A DNA stretch of 64,000 bases, from assembly GCA_015064855.1 (NCBI GenBank), contig SVRK01000003.1, positions 158,594 through 222,593 on the forward strand. Direction: 5' to 3'. How positions within the stretch are numbered: the first letter of the stretch is position 1; the number at the start of each line of letters is the position of its first letter. The notes below the pieces were generated by a model that saw nothing but the letters and a program-made list of their open reading frames with translations, was not told the DNA's origin and made no database searches. The DNA is from Oscillospiraceae bacterium (GTDB lineage: Bacteria > Bacillota > Clostridia > Oscillospirales > CAG-272). The position numbers and the translations under genes were made by a program. This document shows, one piece after another, positions 1 to 9,620 of this stretch.

Positions 1-163
1 TGCAAAGTTCTCTGTAAGAATTGCAAAGCTTCCGGCTAATCAAACACTTAACTGCTGCGGCTATGTAATAGAAAATGACAAGGTAACCTACCTTGGACAC
101 AATAAAACAAGCGCAGAAGCTGAAATAATCGACCACGCAGGTGTTATCGAGCTCACAAAATAA
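1..163 (+). CDS. 3' end of an unidentified CDS (gene begins upstream of the window)
   Basis: Frame 2 is open from nt 2 to TAA at 161-163 (..GYVIENDKVTYLGHNKTSAEAEIIDHAGVIELTK*) and is followed by a terminator hairpin. The fragment is too short to name the product. Confidence 0.45.
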   Translation, partial: AKFSVRIAKLPANQTLNCCGYVIENDKVTYLGHNKTSAEAEIIDHAGVIELTK

Positions 164-170
164 AAATTAA

Positions 171-202
171 AAGAACCGCTTCGGCGGTTCTTTTGTTTTT
201 TT
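171..202 (+). terminator. Rho-independent terminator
   Basis: Hairpin AGAACCGC-TTCG-GCGGTTCT followed by a T-run (TTTTGTTTTTTT). Confidence 0.8.
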
Positions 203-254
203 GAAAAATTCCTTCATTAGATAATAATTATATAATAATATTTTATAAAATATA

Positions 255-283
255 TTGCAAAAGCAAATCTGAAATGTTATAAT
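255..283 (+). promoter_or_regulatory. Sigma-A type promoter for the oxidoreductase/coaE operon
   Basis: TTGCAA (255-260), 17-nt spacer, TATAAT (278-283), preceded by TGt (extended -10). Confidence 0.6.
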
Positions 284-351
284 AAAGTGTAAAAATATGT
301 TAAAAATTCAATTTTTGACACAAGATATTGTGAAAAAGTGAGGAAAAAGGT

Positions 352-1473
352 ATGAAAATCGGAATTTTGGGCTTTGGCTCAATGGGTAAGACTCACCTAT
401 ATTCTATAAAGAATATTCCCTTCTTTTTCAGTGAAAAAATTGATTTAGAGGTTGTTGCCGTTTGCACGAAAAATATTGAAAATGCGCGCAAAGCATCTGA
501 CCAATTCAACATCCCGTTTTTTACGGACAACGAGGACGATATTATTTATAATGACGAAATAGATGTTGTCGATATATGCACACCTAATATATATCATTAT
601 AATACCGTCAAAAAAGCAATCTTAGCGGGCAAGCACGTCTATTGCGAAAAGCCACTTGCAGTAACCTACGAGGAAGCCAAGGAGCTAGCAGCATTGGCAA
701 AAGAAAAGGGCGTTATATGTGGAATTGTATTTAATAATCGCTTTCTTTCTCCTATCTTAAAGGCAAAGGAGCTTGTTGATAGCGACAAAATTGGTAGGGT
801 TCTTTCGTTTAGCATAAAATATCTTCACTCCAGTGCGCTTGACACAGTGAAAAAAGCCGGCTGGAAGCAAGATAAGGATATTTGTGGAGGTGGCGTGCTT
901 TTTGACCTCGGCTCTCACGCAGTTGATTTAATTTACTATTTGTGTGGAGAATTTGACTCGGTTCTTGGAAAAAGCCAAATCGCATATCCTGTACGCACCG
1001 GTGTTGACGGAAGCGTGTGGCAAACAAATGCCGATGAAGCGTTTTATATGCTAGCAACCCTTAAAAACGGAGCGCACGGCACAATAGAGGTTTCAAAAAT
1101 CACAACTGGCGCAAATGATGATTTACGCTTTGAAATCCATGGGGAAAAGGGCTCTATTGCTTTTGACTTAATGCAGCCTAACTTTCTTGAATATTATGAT
1201 GCTACATTGCCCGATGGTACACTCGGCACTCGTGGATATACAAAAATTGAGTGTGTTAATCGTTACCCGGCTCCGGGTGGTATTTTCCCGGGCGTAAAGG
1301 CGCCTATCGGTTGGCTAAGAGGACATGTTGGCTCATATTTTGAGTTTTTATCAGCTATCAAGAACAAAAAGCGCTTTAGCCCGTCATTTGACGAAGGTGC
1401 GTATGTGCAGAAGGTACTAGAAGCGGCATATAGCTCCAATAAAAGCGGTGTATGGGAGAGGGTGCAGCTATGA
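352..1473 (+). CDS. Gfo/Idh/MocA family NAD(P)-dependent oxidoreductase
   Basis: N-terminal Rossmann motif MKIGILGFGSMG and the ..HVYCEKPLA.. motif typical of this family. RBS GAGGAAAAAGG upstream. 373 aa. Confidence 0.85.
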   Translation: MKIGILGFGSMGKTHLYSIKNIPFFFSEKIDLEVVAVCTKNIENARKASDQFNIPFFTDNEDDIIYNDEIDVVDICTPNIYHYNTVKKAILAGKHVYCEKPLAVTYEEAKELAALAKEKGVICGIVFNNRFLSPILKAKELVDSDKIGRVLSFSIKYLHSSALDTVKKAGWKQDKDICGGGVLFDLGSHAVDLIYYLCGEFDSVLGKSQIAYPVRTGVDGSVWQTNADEAFYMLATLKNGAHGTIEVSKITTGANDDLRFEIHGEKGSIAFDLMQPNFLEYYDATLPDGTLGTRGYTKIECVNRYPAPGGIFPGVKAPIGWLRGHVGSYFEFLSAIKNKKRFSPSFDEGAYVQKVLEAAYSSNKSGVWERVQL

Positions 1474-2072
1474 AAATAATAGGACTTTGTGGCACAAGCG
1501 GGTCTGGTAAGGGCTATGTTTCGCGCGTGTTTTTAAAATACGGAGTGCCTACAATCGACACTGACCAAATTTATAGGGAAATAACAATAAAAAAAGGTGC
1601 GCCGTGCCTTCGTGAGCTTGTCACCCAGTTTGGCGAACAAATTCTTGACGAAAATGGTGAGCTGGATAGAAAATCGTTAGCTAGCATTGTTTTTGAGGGC
1701 TATGGCTCGAAAAAACGCCTTGAAAAATTGAATGTGATAGCGCACAAATATATAAAATCAGATACTGAAGCTATTCTAGAAAAATATAAAAAGGAAGGCA
1801 AGCGCGCAGCTATAATAGATGCGCCAGTTCTATTTGAAAGCGGATTTGACACAATGTGTGATTTCACTATTGCCGTCACAGCACCATATGAGTTGAAGCT
1901 TGAAAGAATTATTTCACGTGATGGCATTTTGAAGGAAAAAGCGGAAGCACGCTTGAAAAATCAATTAAACGATGACGAGCTTGTCCGCCTTACAACCTAC
2001 CAAATTGACAATTCAAATTGTGAGCTGGACTTACAAATCGAGAATATTCTAAAAAAAGAAAATATTATCTAA
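1470..2072 (+). CDS. coaE: Dephospho-CoA kinase
   Basis: MKIIGLCGTSGSGKG P-loop at the N-terminus and CoaE-like length (200 aa). I chose the ATG at 1470, which overlaps the upstream stop (ATGA), rather than the longer track ORF. Confidence 0.85.
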   Translation: MKIIGLCGTSGSGKGYVSRVFLKYGVPTIDTDQIYREITIKKGAPCLRELVTQFGEQILDENGELDRKSLASIVFEGYGSKKRLEKLNVIAHKYIKSDTEAILEKYKKEGKRAAIIDAPVLFESGFDTMCDFTIAVTAPYELKLERIISRDGILKEKAEARLKNQLNDDELVRLTTYQIDNSNCELDLQIENILKKENII

Positions 2073-2085
2073 AAGGAGTAAAAAT

Positions 2086-3501
2086 ATGAAAAAGAACGCA
2101 AAAAAGATTGACAAAAATGAAGAGCTTAAAGATCTAAAAAAGAAGCTTTTTTATAAAAAAGAAAACGTTTATGACGTACGCACAAAGAAGGGTGCAAAGG
2201 AAACTGAAAGATATGCAAAGGGCTATATGAAGTTCCTTGACAACGCAAAAACCGAGCGTGAGGCAGTACGTGAGGGCATTAAAATGCTTGAGGCAAATGG
2301 TTTCGTGCCATATACTCTCGGTGGCGAAATTGTGGCAGGCGGAAAATACTATTACAACAATCGTGACAAGAGCTTGTTTGCTTTTGTTGCAGGTACTGAG
2401 AATATCGAAAATGGTATTAGAATTTGCGCCGCACATATAGACTCCCCACGTCTTGACCTCAAGCAACACCCAATGTTTGAAAACGAGGGCTTTGCTTACC
2501 TAAAGACACACTACTATGGCGGAATCAGAAAATATCAATGGGTTACAATTCCTTTGGCGCTCCACGGTGTAGTTACTACAATGGACGGACAAAACGTTGA
2601 AATCGTAATTGGTGAGGACGAGGGTGACCCAATCTTCTGCATTACCGACTTGCTCCCACACTTGGCAAGAGAGCAATCACAAAAACCTTTAGGCACAGCT
2701 ATTACAGGCGAGGGACTTAACCTTCTTATCGGCTCTGAGCCAATCGACGGCGACATTGACGAAAAGGTTAAATTCAATATGCTAAAGATTCTCAACGAGA
2801 AGTATGGAATTACCGAGAACGATTTTGTAAGTGCAGAGCTTACAGCTACTCCTGCTGGCAAGGCAAGAGATCTTGGACTTGACCGCTCAATGATTGGTGC
2901 TTATGGACACGACGACAGAGTTTGTGCATATCCATCACTTACAGCAATTATCGAAAATAAGGACAGCGAGCACACAATTATGTGCGTTCTTGCCGATAAA
3001 GAGGAAATCGGTTCAGAGGGCGTTAGCGGTATGAGATGCCGTCTTATCGTTGACCTAATCGACGAAATTTCAAAGAACCTCGGTGGTAATCCTAATGTTG
3101 TAAGAGCAAATTCAATGTGCTTATCCGCCGACGTTAGCGCCGGCTATGACCCAATGTATCCTGAAGTTTACGAAAAGAGAAACAGCGCAATAGTAAACTG
3201 TGGCGTTGTTATGAACAAATACACAGGTGGTGGCGGAAAGAGCTCCACAAACGATGCAAGCGCAGAGTACGTTGGCAAGATTAGAAAAATATTCCAGGAT
3301 GCAAAAATTACATGGCAAACAGCTGAGCTTGGCAAAATCGACGTTGGCGGTGGCGGAACAGTTGCTATGTACATTGCAAATCACAATATAAACACAGTTG
3401 ACCTCGGTGTTCCTGTTCTTTCAATGCATGCACCGATGGAGGTTATCTCAAAGAACGACCTATACGAAACTCACAGAGCGCTTTGTGCATTCTGCAAATA
3501 A
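2086..3501 (+). CDS. M18 family aminopeptidase
   Basis: 471 aa. Motifs AAHIDSPRLDLK, GHDDRVC, ADKEEIGS and SMHAP are characteristic of M18 (aspartyl/aminopeptidase I-like) enzymes. RBS AAGGAG upstream. Confidence 0.8.
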   Translation: MKKNAKKIDKNEELKDLKKKLFYKKENVYDVRTKKGAKETERYAKGYMKFLDNAKTEREAVREGIKMLEANGFVPYTLGGEIVAGGKYYYNNRDKSLFAFVAGTENIENGIRICAAHIDSPRLDLKQHPMFENEGFAYLKTHYYGGIRKYQWVTIPLALHGVVTTMDGQNVEIVIGEDEGDPIFCITDLLPHLAREQSQKPLGTAITGEGLNLLIGSEPIDGDIDEKVKFNMLKILNEKYGITENDFVSAELTATPAGKARDLGLDRSMIGAYGHDDRVCAYPSLTAIIENKDSEHTIMCVLADKEEIGSEGVSGMRCRLIVDLIDEISKNLGGNPNVVRANSMCLSADVSAGYDPMYPEVYEKRNSAIVNCGVVMNKYTGGGGKSSTNDASAEYVGKIRKIFQDAKITWQTAELGKIDVGGGGTVAMYIANHNINTVDLGVPVLSMHAPMEVISKNDLYETHRALCAFCK

Positions 3502-3514
3502 TTAGGAGACTACT

Positions 3515-4477
3515 ATGGATATTATTAAAGAACTTCGTGATTTTGGACTTGTTCCCGTAATAAAAATAACAAAGGTGGAAAATGCATTGCCACTTGCAAA
3601 GGCACTAGCTGCCGGTGGACTTAACTGTGCGGAAATTACATTCCGTACCGAATGTGCGGCTGAGGCAATCGCTGTAATCACAAAGGAAATGCCAGATATG
3701 CTTGTTGGCGCAGGAACAGTTTTAACACCCGAGCAAGCTGACAAGGCAATTGAGGCCGGCTCAAAGTTTATCGTTAGCCCTGGCTTTAACCCAAGAGTTG
3801 TTAAGCATTGCCTTGAAAAGGGTATACCTGTGCTTCCCGGCTGTGCAACACCTTCAGAGGTAGAGGCAGCTATGGAGCTTGGCTTAAAGGCAGTTAAATT
3901 TTTCCCAGCCGAGGCGGCAGGTGGACTTAATATGATTAAGTCTATGTCCGCACCTTATGGTGGCATTGAGTTTATGCCAACAGGTGGTATAAACGACGAA
4001 AATATGCTTGATTATCTCGCATTTGGCAAGATTATCGCATGTGGCGGCAGCTTTATGGTTAAGGACTCATTAATTGAGGCTGGCAACTTCGAGGAAATCA
4101 CTCGCTTAACAAAAAATGCAGTTATGAAAATGCTCGGCTTTAAGCTTGCTCACGTTGGCATCAACTGTGAAAACAAGGATGAGGCTACAAAGGGCGCAAA
4201 ATTGCTTTGCACACTCTTTGGTCTTGAATATAAGGAAGGAAATTCTTCTACATTTGTAGGCTCCGAATTTGAGCTTATGCACGAGCCATACCTTGGCAAA
4301 AACGGACACATTGCAATTTCAACAAACTTTGCATCCCGTGCAAAGGCTTATCTTGAAAAGCAAGGCATCGAGTTTAATGATGCAACCGCAAAGTATGATG
4401 CAAAGGGTAACTTGAAGGTTATATACTTGAAGGAAGAAATTTGCGGCTTTGCAATTCACCTAGTGGAGAAAAAATAA
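3515..4477 (+). CDS. eda: KDPG/KHG aldolase (Eda) with a C-terminal VOC/glyoxalase-fold domain
   Basis: The first ~205 aa match Eda (VPVIKI.., GLNCAEITFRT, KFFPAE, MPTGGI). The last ~110 aa (HVGINCEN..GHIAIST..GFAIHLVEK) look like a vicinal-oxygen-chelate domain. Confidence 0.8.
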   Translation: MDIIKELRDFGLVPVIKITKVENALPLAKALAAGGLNCAEITFRTECAAEAIAVITKEMPDMLVGAGTVLTPEQADKAIEAGSKFIVSPGFNPRVVKHCLEKGIPVLPGCATPSEVEAAMELGLKAVKFFPAEAAGGLNMIKSMSAPYGGIEFMPTGGINDENMLDYLAFGKIIACGGSFMVKDSLIEAGNFEEITRLTKNAVMKMLGFKLAHVGINCENKDEATKGAKLLCTLFGLEYKEGNSSTFVGSEFELMHEPYLGKNGHIAISTNFASRAKAYLEKQGIEFNDATAKYDAKGNLKVIYLKEEICGFAIHLVEKK

Positions 4478-4480
4478 TTT

Positions 4481-5551
4481 ATGTTTAATAGATTAAACGA
4501 GGCTGAAAAGCGCTACCTTGAAATTGAGGGTGCGCTTGCCGACCCCGAAATAACGGGCAACCAAGCGGAATTCACAAAAACAATGAAGGAGTATAAAAAT
4601 CTAACTCCCATAATTGAAAAATACCGCGAGTATAAAAAAACCGCATCCGACCTTGAGGGCGCAAAGTCCATAATGGAGGAGGAAAGCGGAGAAATGTATG
4701 ACCTCGCCGTTGAAGAATATAAGGATTGTAAGGAAAGACTTGCAGTAATTGAAGAGGAATTAAAGTTCCTTTTGATACCAAAAGACCCTAACGATGACAA
4801 AAACGTTATCGTTGAAATAAGAGCAGGTGCCGGTGGCGAGGAAGCAGCCTTGTTTGCCTCTGTCCTTTATCGTATGTATTCGATGTATGCAGATTCAAAC
4901 GGCTTTAAAACCGAGCTTACAGGCTTTAATGAAACCGGTCTTGGTGGCTTTAAGGAGGTTACCTTCTTAATTTCAGGTGAAGGAGCATATTCTCGCTTCA
5001 AATTCGAAAGCGGAGTACACAGGGTTCAAAGAGTTCCCGAAACAGAAACGCAGGGTAGAATCCATACATCAACAGCAACAGTTGCAGTGCTTCCCGAGGC
5101 TGAGGACGTTGAGGTTGAGCTCAATATGAGCGATGTTACAGTTGAAACCTGCAAGAGTAGTGGCGCAGGTGGTCAGCACGTAAATAAAACAGAAAGTGCT
5201 ATTCGTCTTATACACAAGCCAACTGGCATAGTTGTTGAGTGTCAGGACGAGCGTAGCCAGTTTAAAAACAAAGACAAGGCGTTTAAGATTCTTCGCGCAA
5301 AGCTTTATGATATGAAGCAACAGGAGCAAAGCGATAAAATCGCATCCGAGCGTAAGAGTCAGGTTGGAACAGGCGACCGTAGTGAAAGAATCAGAACCTA
5401 CAACTACCCACAGGGCAGAGTTACCGACCATAGAATCGGATTTACAATCTATTCACTTGAAGCATTTTTGAATGGCGACATCGGTGAAATGCTTGAGAAA
5501 TTAGCAACTGCAGATGCTGCAGAAAAATTAAAGGGCGAACAAAATAACTAA
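4481..5551 (+). CDS. prfA: Peptide chain release factor 1
   Basis: GGQ motif (SSGAGGQHVNKTESA) and an RF1-type tripeptide region (RVPETETQGRIHTS). 356 aa. Confidence 0.95.
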   Translation: MFNRLNEAEKRYLEIEGALADPEITGNQAEFTKTMKEYKNLTPIIEKYREYKKTASDLEGAKSIMEEESGEMYDLAVEEYKDCKERLAVIEEELKFLLIPKDPNDDKNVIVEIRAGAGGEEAALFASVLYRMYSMYADSNGFKTELTGFNETGLGGFKEVTFLISGEGAYSRFKFESGVHRVQRVPETETQGRIHTSTATVAVLPEAEDVEVELNMSDVTVETCKSSGAGGQHVNKTESAIRLIHKPTGIVVECQDERSQFKNKDKAFKILRAKLYDMKQQEQSDKIASERKSQVGTGDRSERIRTYNYPQGRVTDHRIGFTIYSLEAFLNGDIGEMLEKLATADAAEKLKGEQNN

Positions 5552-5565
5552 AAACGGAGAGGAAA

Positions 5566-6612
5566 ATGGAAACTAAAATTTTCAAGGTTACAAAAGATAG
5601 CTTGAATATTTTAAAGGAAGCAAGTGAACTACTAAACAGCGGTAAGCTTGTGGCTTTTCCCACCGAAACAGTTTATGGATTAGGCGCAAATGCCTATGAT
5701 AGTGAGGCTTGCAAAAGCATATTTTTAGCAAAGGGCAGACCAAGTGACAATCCTTTGATTGTTCATATTTCAAAGCCCGAGGATGCCGAAAATATCGCAT
5801 ATACCTGCCCACTTTATTATGAGCTGGCAAAAGCCTTTATGCCGGGACCCTTGACAGTTATTTTACCTAAAAAGGACGTAATACCATATGAGGTGACGGC
5901 AGGACTTAATACAGTCGCTATAAGATGCCCCAAAAACGAGGTGGCAAACAAGCTTATAGAGATTGCAAAAATTCCGATAGCCGCACCGTCAGCCAATTCC
6001 TCGGGCAAGCCGTCGCCTACAAGCGCAAAGCACGTATACGACGACTTAAATGATAAAATCCCTATGATACTTGACGGAGGAGATTCCGAGTTTGGTGTTG
6101 AGTCCACAGTTATCACAATCAAGGACGATACAATTACTATTCTTCGCCCAGGCTCGGTTACACCTAAAATGCTTGAGGGAGTGTCTAAAAACGTTAAAAT
6201 AGCATCTGCAGTTAAGGAAGAATTAAAGGCGGGTGAAACGGCACTGTCCCCAGGTATGAAATATAAGCATTATGCCCCAACGGCAAACTTATATTTGATT
6301 GATGATAAATATATTAACTTTATAGATTTTGTAAAAGAAAAGCAAAAAACCGAAAACTGCGCGGTAATGTGTTATGATGAGGAAATTTCCTCGTTTGATA
6401 ACAAAAATTTATTGCCCGTAGGAAAAAAGAAGGACATAAAGAAGCAGACAAAAAGGCTGTTTAATCTTTTGCGACAGGCGGACGACCTAGGGGTCGATAC
6501 CGTTTATGCTCATCTGCCAAGCGATGACGGAGAGTCCTTAGCAATTTATAACAGAATGATTCGTGCTTGTGCACATCGTGTGATAGGAGGTAAAAATGGC
6601 GAAGACAGCTAA
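5566..6612 (+). CDS. tsaC: L-threonylcarbamoyladenylate synthase (Sua5/YwlC type)
   Basis: YrdC domain (VAFPTETVYGLGANA, KGRPSDNPLIVH) plus a Sua5 C-terminal domain. 348 aa. Confidence 0.9.
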   Translation: METKIFKVTKDSLNILKEASELLNSGKLVAFPTETVYGLGANAYDSEACKSIFLAKGRPSDNPLIVHISKPEDAENIAYTCPLYYELAKAFMPGPLTVILPKKDVIPYEVTAGLNTVAIRCPKNEVANKLIEIAKIPIAAPSANSSGKPSPTSAKHVYDDLNDKIPMILDGGDSEFGVESTVITIKDDTITILRPGSVTPKMLEGVSKNVKIASAVKEELKAGETALSPGMKYKHYAPTANLYLIDDKYINFIDFVKEKQKTENCAVMCYDEEISSFDNKNLLPVGKKKDIKKQTKRLFNLLRQADDLGVDTVYAHLPSDDGESLAIYNRMIRACAHRVIGGKNGEDS

Positions 6613-8848
6613 AAAGCAAGAAAAGAAAAAGTACGTTGAAAGTGAGCCAATGCTTCAACCGATAACGGAAACTATAGAAACAAACTATATGCCGTATGCG
6701 GTTAGCGTTATGGTTTCGCGTGCTATTCCTGAAATTGACGGCTTTAAGCCCGCACACAGAAAGCTTCTTTATACGATGTATAAAATGGGACTTTTGCACG
6801 GCAGACGTACAAAGAGTGCGAACATCGTTGGTGCAACGATGAAGCTTAACCCACACGGTGATGCCTCAATTTATGAAACAATGGTTCGTCTAACCTCTGC
6901 AAACGAGTCGCTTTTGCATCCGTTTGTTGATTCAAAGGGTTCATTTGGTAAGCAGTATAGCCGAGATATGGCGTTTGCCGCATCAAGATATACAGAGGCA
7001 AAGCTTGACACCTTCTGCCAAGAAATTTTCTCAGGTATTGACAAGGATGCCGTTGATATGGTGGATAACTACGACAGCACAACGAAGGAGCCACGCCTTT
7101 TGCCAACAACCTTCCCCAATATTTTGGTTTCCTCAAACCTTGGTATTGCCGTTGGTCTTGCATCCTCCATTTGTTCATTCAATCTACAAGAAATTTGCGA
7201 TGCGACGATTGCTCTTTTGCGCTCTCCTCGCACAGATATTGAAAAAATACTCGACATAGTTAAAGCACCTGATTTTCCGGGTGGCGCATCCGTTGTTTAC
7301 GACCGTGAGCAAATTAAAAAGGTTTACGAAACAGGAAAAGGACCGATTAAGCTCCGCGCAAAATACGTATACGACTCTGAGGAAAACTGTATAGAGATAC
7401 TTGAAATTCCTTATTCCACCTCAATAGAGGCGATAATTAAGGATATAAACGACCTCTTTAAGGCGGGAAAATTGAAGGAGGTTACAGGCGTTCGCGATGA
7501 AATTGATTTGAACGGCTTCAAGCTTACAATCGACTTAAAGCGCGGAACAGACCCCGACCAATTAATGCAAAAGCTTTATAAATTTACTCCGCTTGAGGAT
7601 AACTTCCCGTGTAACTTTAACGTTTTGATAGATGGCTCACCAAAGCAGCTCGGCGTTAAGGACATACTTACTGAATGGATTAAGTTTAGAACTAATTGCT
7701 TGCGCCGTGAATATATCTTCGACCTTGATAAAAAGAGTCACAAGCTTCATCTCTTACTTGGCCTTGGTAAAATTCTACTTGATATTGACAAGGCTGTTAA
7801 AATAGTGAGAGAGACAGAGAAGGATGAGGACGTTGTTCCAAACCTTATTAAGGGCTTCGAGGTTGACAAGGAGCAGGCAGAATATATAGCTGACATCAAG
7901 CTCCGTCATTTAAATAGAGAATATATTATGAACCGTCTTGAGGATATTGACAATCTTCAAAAGGAAATTGCAGAAATTAAAGCAATTCTTGATGACGAGC
8001 TTAAAATGAAGGCGGTAATAATAAAGCAACTGAACGATATAAAAAAGAAATATGGAAAGCCAAGAAAAACTCAAATCATTGATTCCGATGATATTAAAGA
8101 ATTTTCAAAGGAAAGCTTGATTGAGGATTATTCAGCGCACCTATTCTTCACAAAGGATGGTTACTTAAAGAAAATCACACAGCAATCCTTGCGCGGTAAC
8201 TCCGAGCAGAAGATAAAGGAAGATGATGAAATAATTTTCGAGGGTGAGATAAGAAACAAGGATGAAATAATTTTCTTTACAGATAAAGCACAGCTTTATT
8301 TTGCAAAGATGTCTGATTTTGCTCTCTGTAAAGCTTCAGAAATGGGAGATTACGTACCAAAGCACTTGAATTTTGACAACAACGAAAGAGTTGTTTTTAT
8401 GAAGGTCAACCCTTCGTATGATGAAAATCAAAACGTTATTTTCTTCTTTGAAAACGGCAAGGCTGTAAGAGTGCCGATGAGCCAATATCAGACACAGGGC
8501 TCAAGGAAAAAACTCAAAAAGGCATTTTCTGATGCTTCAAAAATAGTGAAAATCATTTACGAAACAAGTGATGATTACATTATGATGATAAACTCTGAAT
8601 CTAAAGCAATACTAATTAAACCATCGTTCATTCCTGTAAAGACAACCAGAACCTCAATAGGTACTGTTGCTTTTGCAATGAATTTAAAGAAAAACCAAAA
8701 AATCAAAAAGGTTTTAACCGATTATGAAAAGAAATATCCCGAGGCAAAAGAAACGTATAGAAAAATAAAAATTCCTGCAACAGGGGTTTTGATTTCTAAA
8801 AAGAAGCCAAAGGACCCACAACTAAAAATAAAATTTGAGGAGAATTAA
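6596..8848 (+). CDS. parC: Type IIA topoisomerase subunit A (ParC-type)
   Basis: N-terminal MPYAVSVMVSRAIPEIDGFKPAHRKLLY and the catalytic-Tyr region AASRYTEAKL. 750 aa. I did not spot a GyrA box in the C-terminal domain. GGAGG RBS 6 nt before the ATG. Overlaps the tsaC stop by 17 nt. Confidence 0.8.
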   Translation: MAKTAKKQEKKKYVESEPMLQPITETIETNYMPYAVSVMVSRAIPEIDGFKPAHRKLLYTMYKMGLLHGRRTKSANIVGATMKLNPHGDASIYETMVRLTSANESLLHPFVDSKGSFGKQYSRDMAFAASRYTEAKLDTFCQEIFSGIDKDAVDMVDNYDSTTKEPRLLPTTFPNILVSSNLGIAVGLASSICSFNLQEICDATIALLRSPRTDIEKILDIVKAPDFPGGASVVYDREQIKKVYETGKGPIKLRAKYVYDSEENCIEILEIPYSTSIEAIIKDINDLFKAGKLKEVTGVRDEIDLNGFKLTIDLKRGTDPDQLMQKLYKFTPLEDNFPCNFNVLIDGSPKQLGVKDILTEWIKFRTNCLRREYIFDLDKKSHKLHLLLGLGKILLDIDKAVKIVRETEKDEDVVPNLIKGFEVDKEQAEYIADIKLRHLNREYIMNRLEDIDNLQKEIAEIKAILDDELKMKAVIIKQLNDIKKKYGKPRKTQIIDSDDIKEFSKESLIEDYSAHLFFTKDGYLKKITQQSLRGNSEQKIKEDDEIIFEGEIRNKDEIIFFTDKAQLYFAKMSDFALCKASEMGDYVPKHLNFDNNERVVFMKVNPSYDENQNVIFFFENGKAVRVPMSQYQTQGSRKKLKKAFSDASKIVKIIYETSDDYIMMINSESKAILIKPSFIPVKTTRTSIGTVAFAMNLKKNQKIKKVLTDYEKKYPEAKETYRKIKIPATGVLISKKKPKDPQLKIKFEEN

Positions 8849-8849
8849 A

Positions 8850-8960
8850 ATGAACAATAAGATTTTTGTAAGAATTATGTGTGTAGTGCTTGGCGTTTTA
8901 ATGCTAGCTAGTGCAGTTGCACTTATTGCATCAGGCTTTATAACCTCTTGTGCAGCATAA
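8850..8960 (+). CDS. 36-aa hydrophobic peptide (small membrane protein candidate)
   Basis: ATG 2 nt after the parC stop, with a GAGGAG RBS 8 nt upstream. Sequence MNNKIFVRIMCVVLGVLMLASAVALIASGFITSCAA has one TM span and is followed by a strong terminator. Not in the ORF track (under 60 aa). Confidence 0.45.
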   Translation: MNNKIFVRIMCVVLGVLMLASAVALIASGFITSCAA

Positions 8961-8979
8961 CTTGAAAATTTGTAATAGA

Positions 8980-9016
8980 AAACGGGCATCAGCAAAAGGT
9001 TGATGCCCGTTTTTTA
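8980..9016 (+). terminator. Rho-independent terminator
   Basis: ACGGGCATCA - loop - TGATGCCCGT followed by TTTTTT. Confidence 0.85.
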
Positions 9017-9035
9017 TAGTAATGAATTGAATGGC

Positions 9036-9219
9036 GGTTCTTCATTATTTTTCATGATAAACAAAAGCAGCAGGCTGAAGTAGGGGCGACCATTGGTCGT
9101 CCGAGGTAACCGTAGAAACGGGAAGGCTCGACAAGCGAGCTATTTCTGCTCACCTTATGCTCGCGAGCGGCAACAGTTTCGACAGAAATGCGAACCCAAT
9201 TTGTGCAAAGCACAAAGAC
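9036..9219 (+). ncRNA. Candidate structured RNA, unit 1 of the tandem array
   Basis: Hairpins GGCGACC-ATT-GGTCGTC and GCTCG-ACAAG-CGAGC, long-range stem ATTTCTG..CAGAAAT, and terminal hairpin GAACCC[..TTGTGC-AAA-GCACAA..]GGGTTC plus a T-rich tail. The transcript is not demonstrated. Confidence 0.4.
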
Positions 9220-9403
9220 GGGTTCTTCGTTATTTCTCATGATAAACAAAACAGCAGGCTGAAGTAGGGGCGACCATTGGTCGTCCGAGGTAACCATAGA
9301 AACGCGAAGGCTCGACAAGCGAGCTATTTCTGCTCACCTTATGCTCGCGAGCGGCACCGGTTTCGACAGAAATGCGAACCCAATTTGTGCAAGGCACAAA
9401 GAC
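9220..9403 (+). ncRNA. Candidate structured RNA, unit 2 of the tandem array
   Basis: Same helices as unit 1, with only a few substitutions. Confidence 0.4.
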
Positions 9404-9594
9404 GAGTTTTTCATTATTTCTCATAATAAACAAAACAGCAGGCTGAAGTAGGGGAGACCATTGGTCGTCCGAGGTAACCGTAGAAACGCGAAGGCTCGAC
9501 AAGTGAGCTATTTTCATCTAGCCTTTTGTGAGCAAGCTCCCGTCGGCTTTAGCTGAAAATGCGAACTCGATTTAAATCACAGATTTAAAGACGG
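9404..9594 (+). ncRNA. Candidate structured RNA, unit 3 (diverged 3' half)
   Basis: Stems are kept through compensatory changes: ATTTTCA..TGAAAAT, GAGCAAGCTC, and AACTCG[ATTTAAATC-ACA-GATTTAAA..]CGGGTT followed by TTTTCGTT. Confidence 0.4.
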
Positions 9595-9620
9595 GTTTTT
9601 CGTTATTCCTCGCGATAAAC

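Noticed and set aside
4481-5551. Checked the release-factor gene for the programmed +1 frameshift known from prfB.
   Set aside because: The gene is prfA (RF1-type tripeptide region) and is one uninterrupted ORF. The frameshift site is a prfB feature.
6596-8848. ParC/GyrA-type A subunit with no adjacent B subunit (possible orphan or novel topoisomerase).
   Set aside because: - The catalytic Tyr region and overall length are ordinary for a topoisomerase IV A subunit.
- Separation of parC and parE is common, and the partner is probably elsewhere in the genome.
9052-9517. Two overlapping minus-strand ORFs (88 and 95 aa) with near-identical translations inside the tandem repeat.
   Set aside because: - The 184-nt period is not divisible by 3, so no reading frame is maintained across units.
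- There is no RBS.
- The peptide is Cys/Arg/Ser-rich and atypical for this genome.
- The compensatory changes fit RNA helices, not codons.
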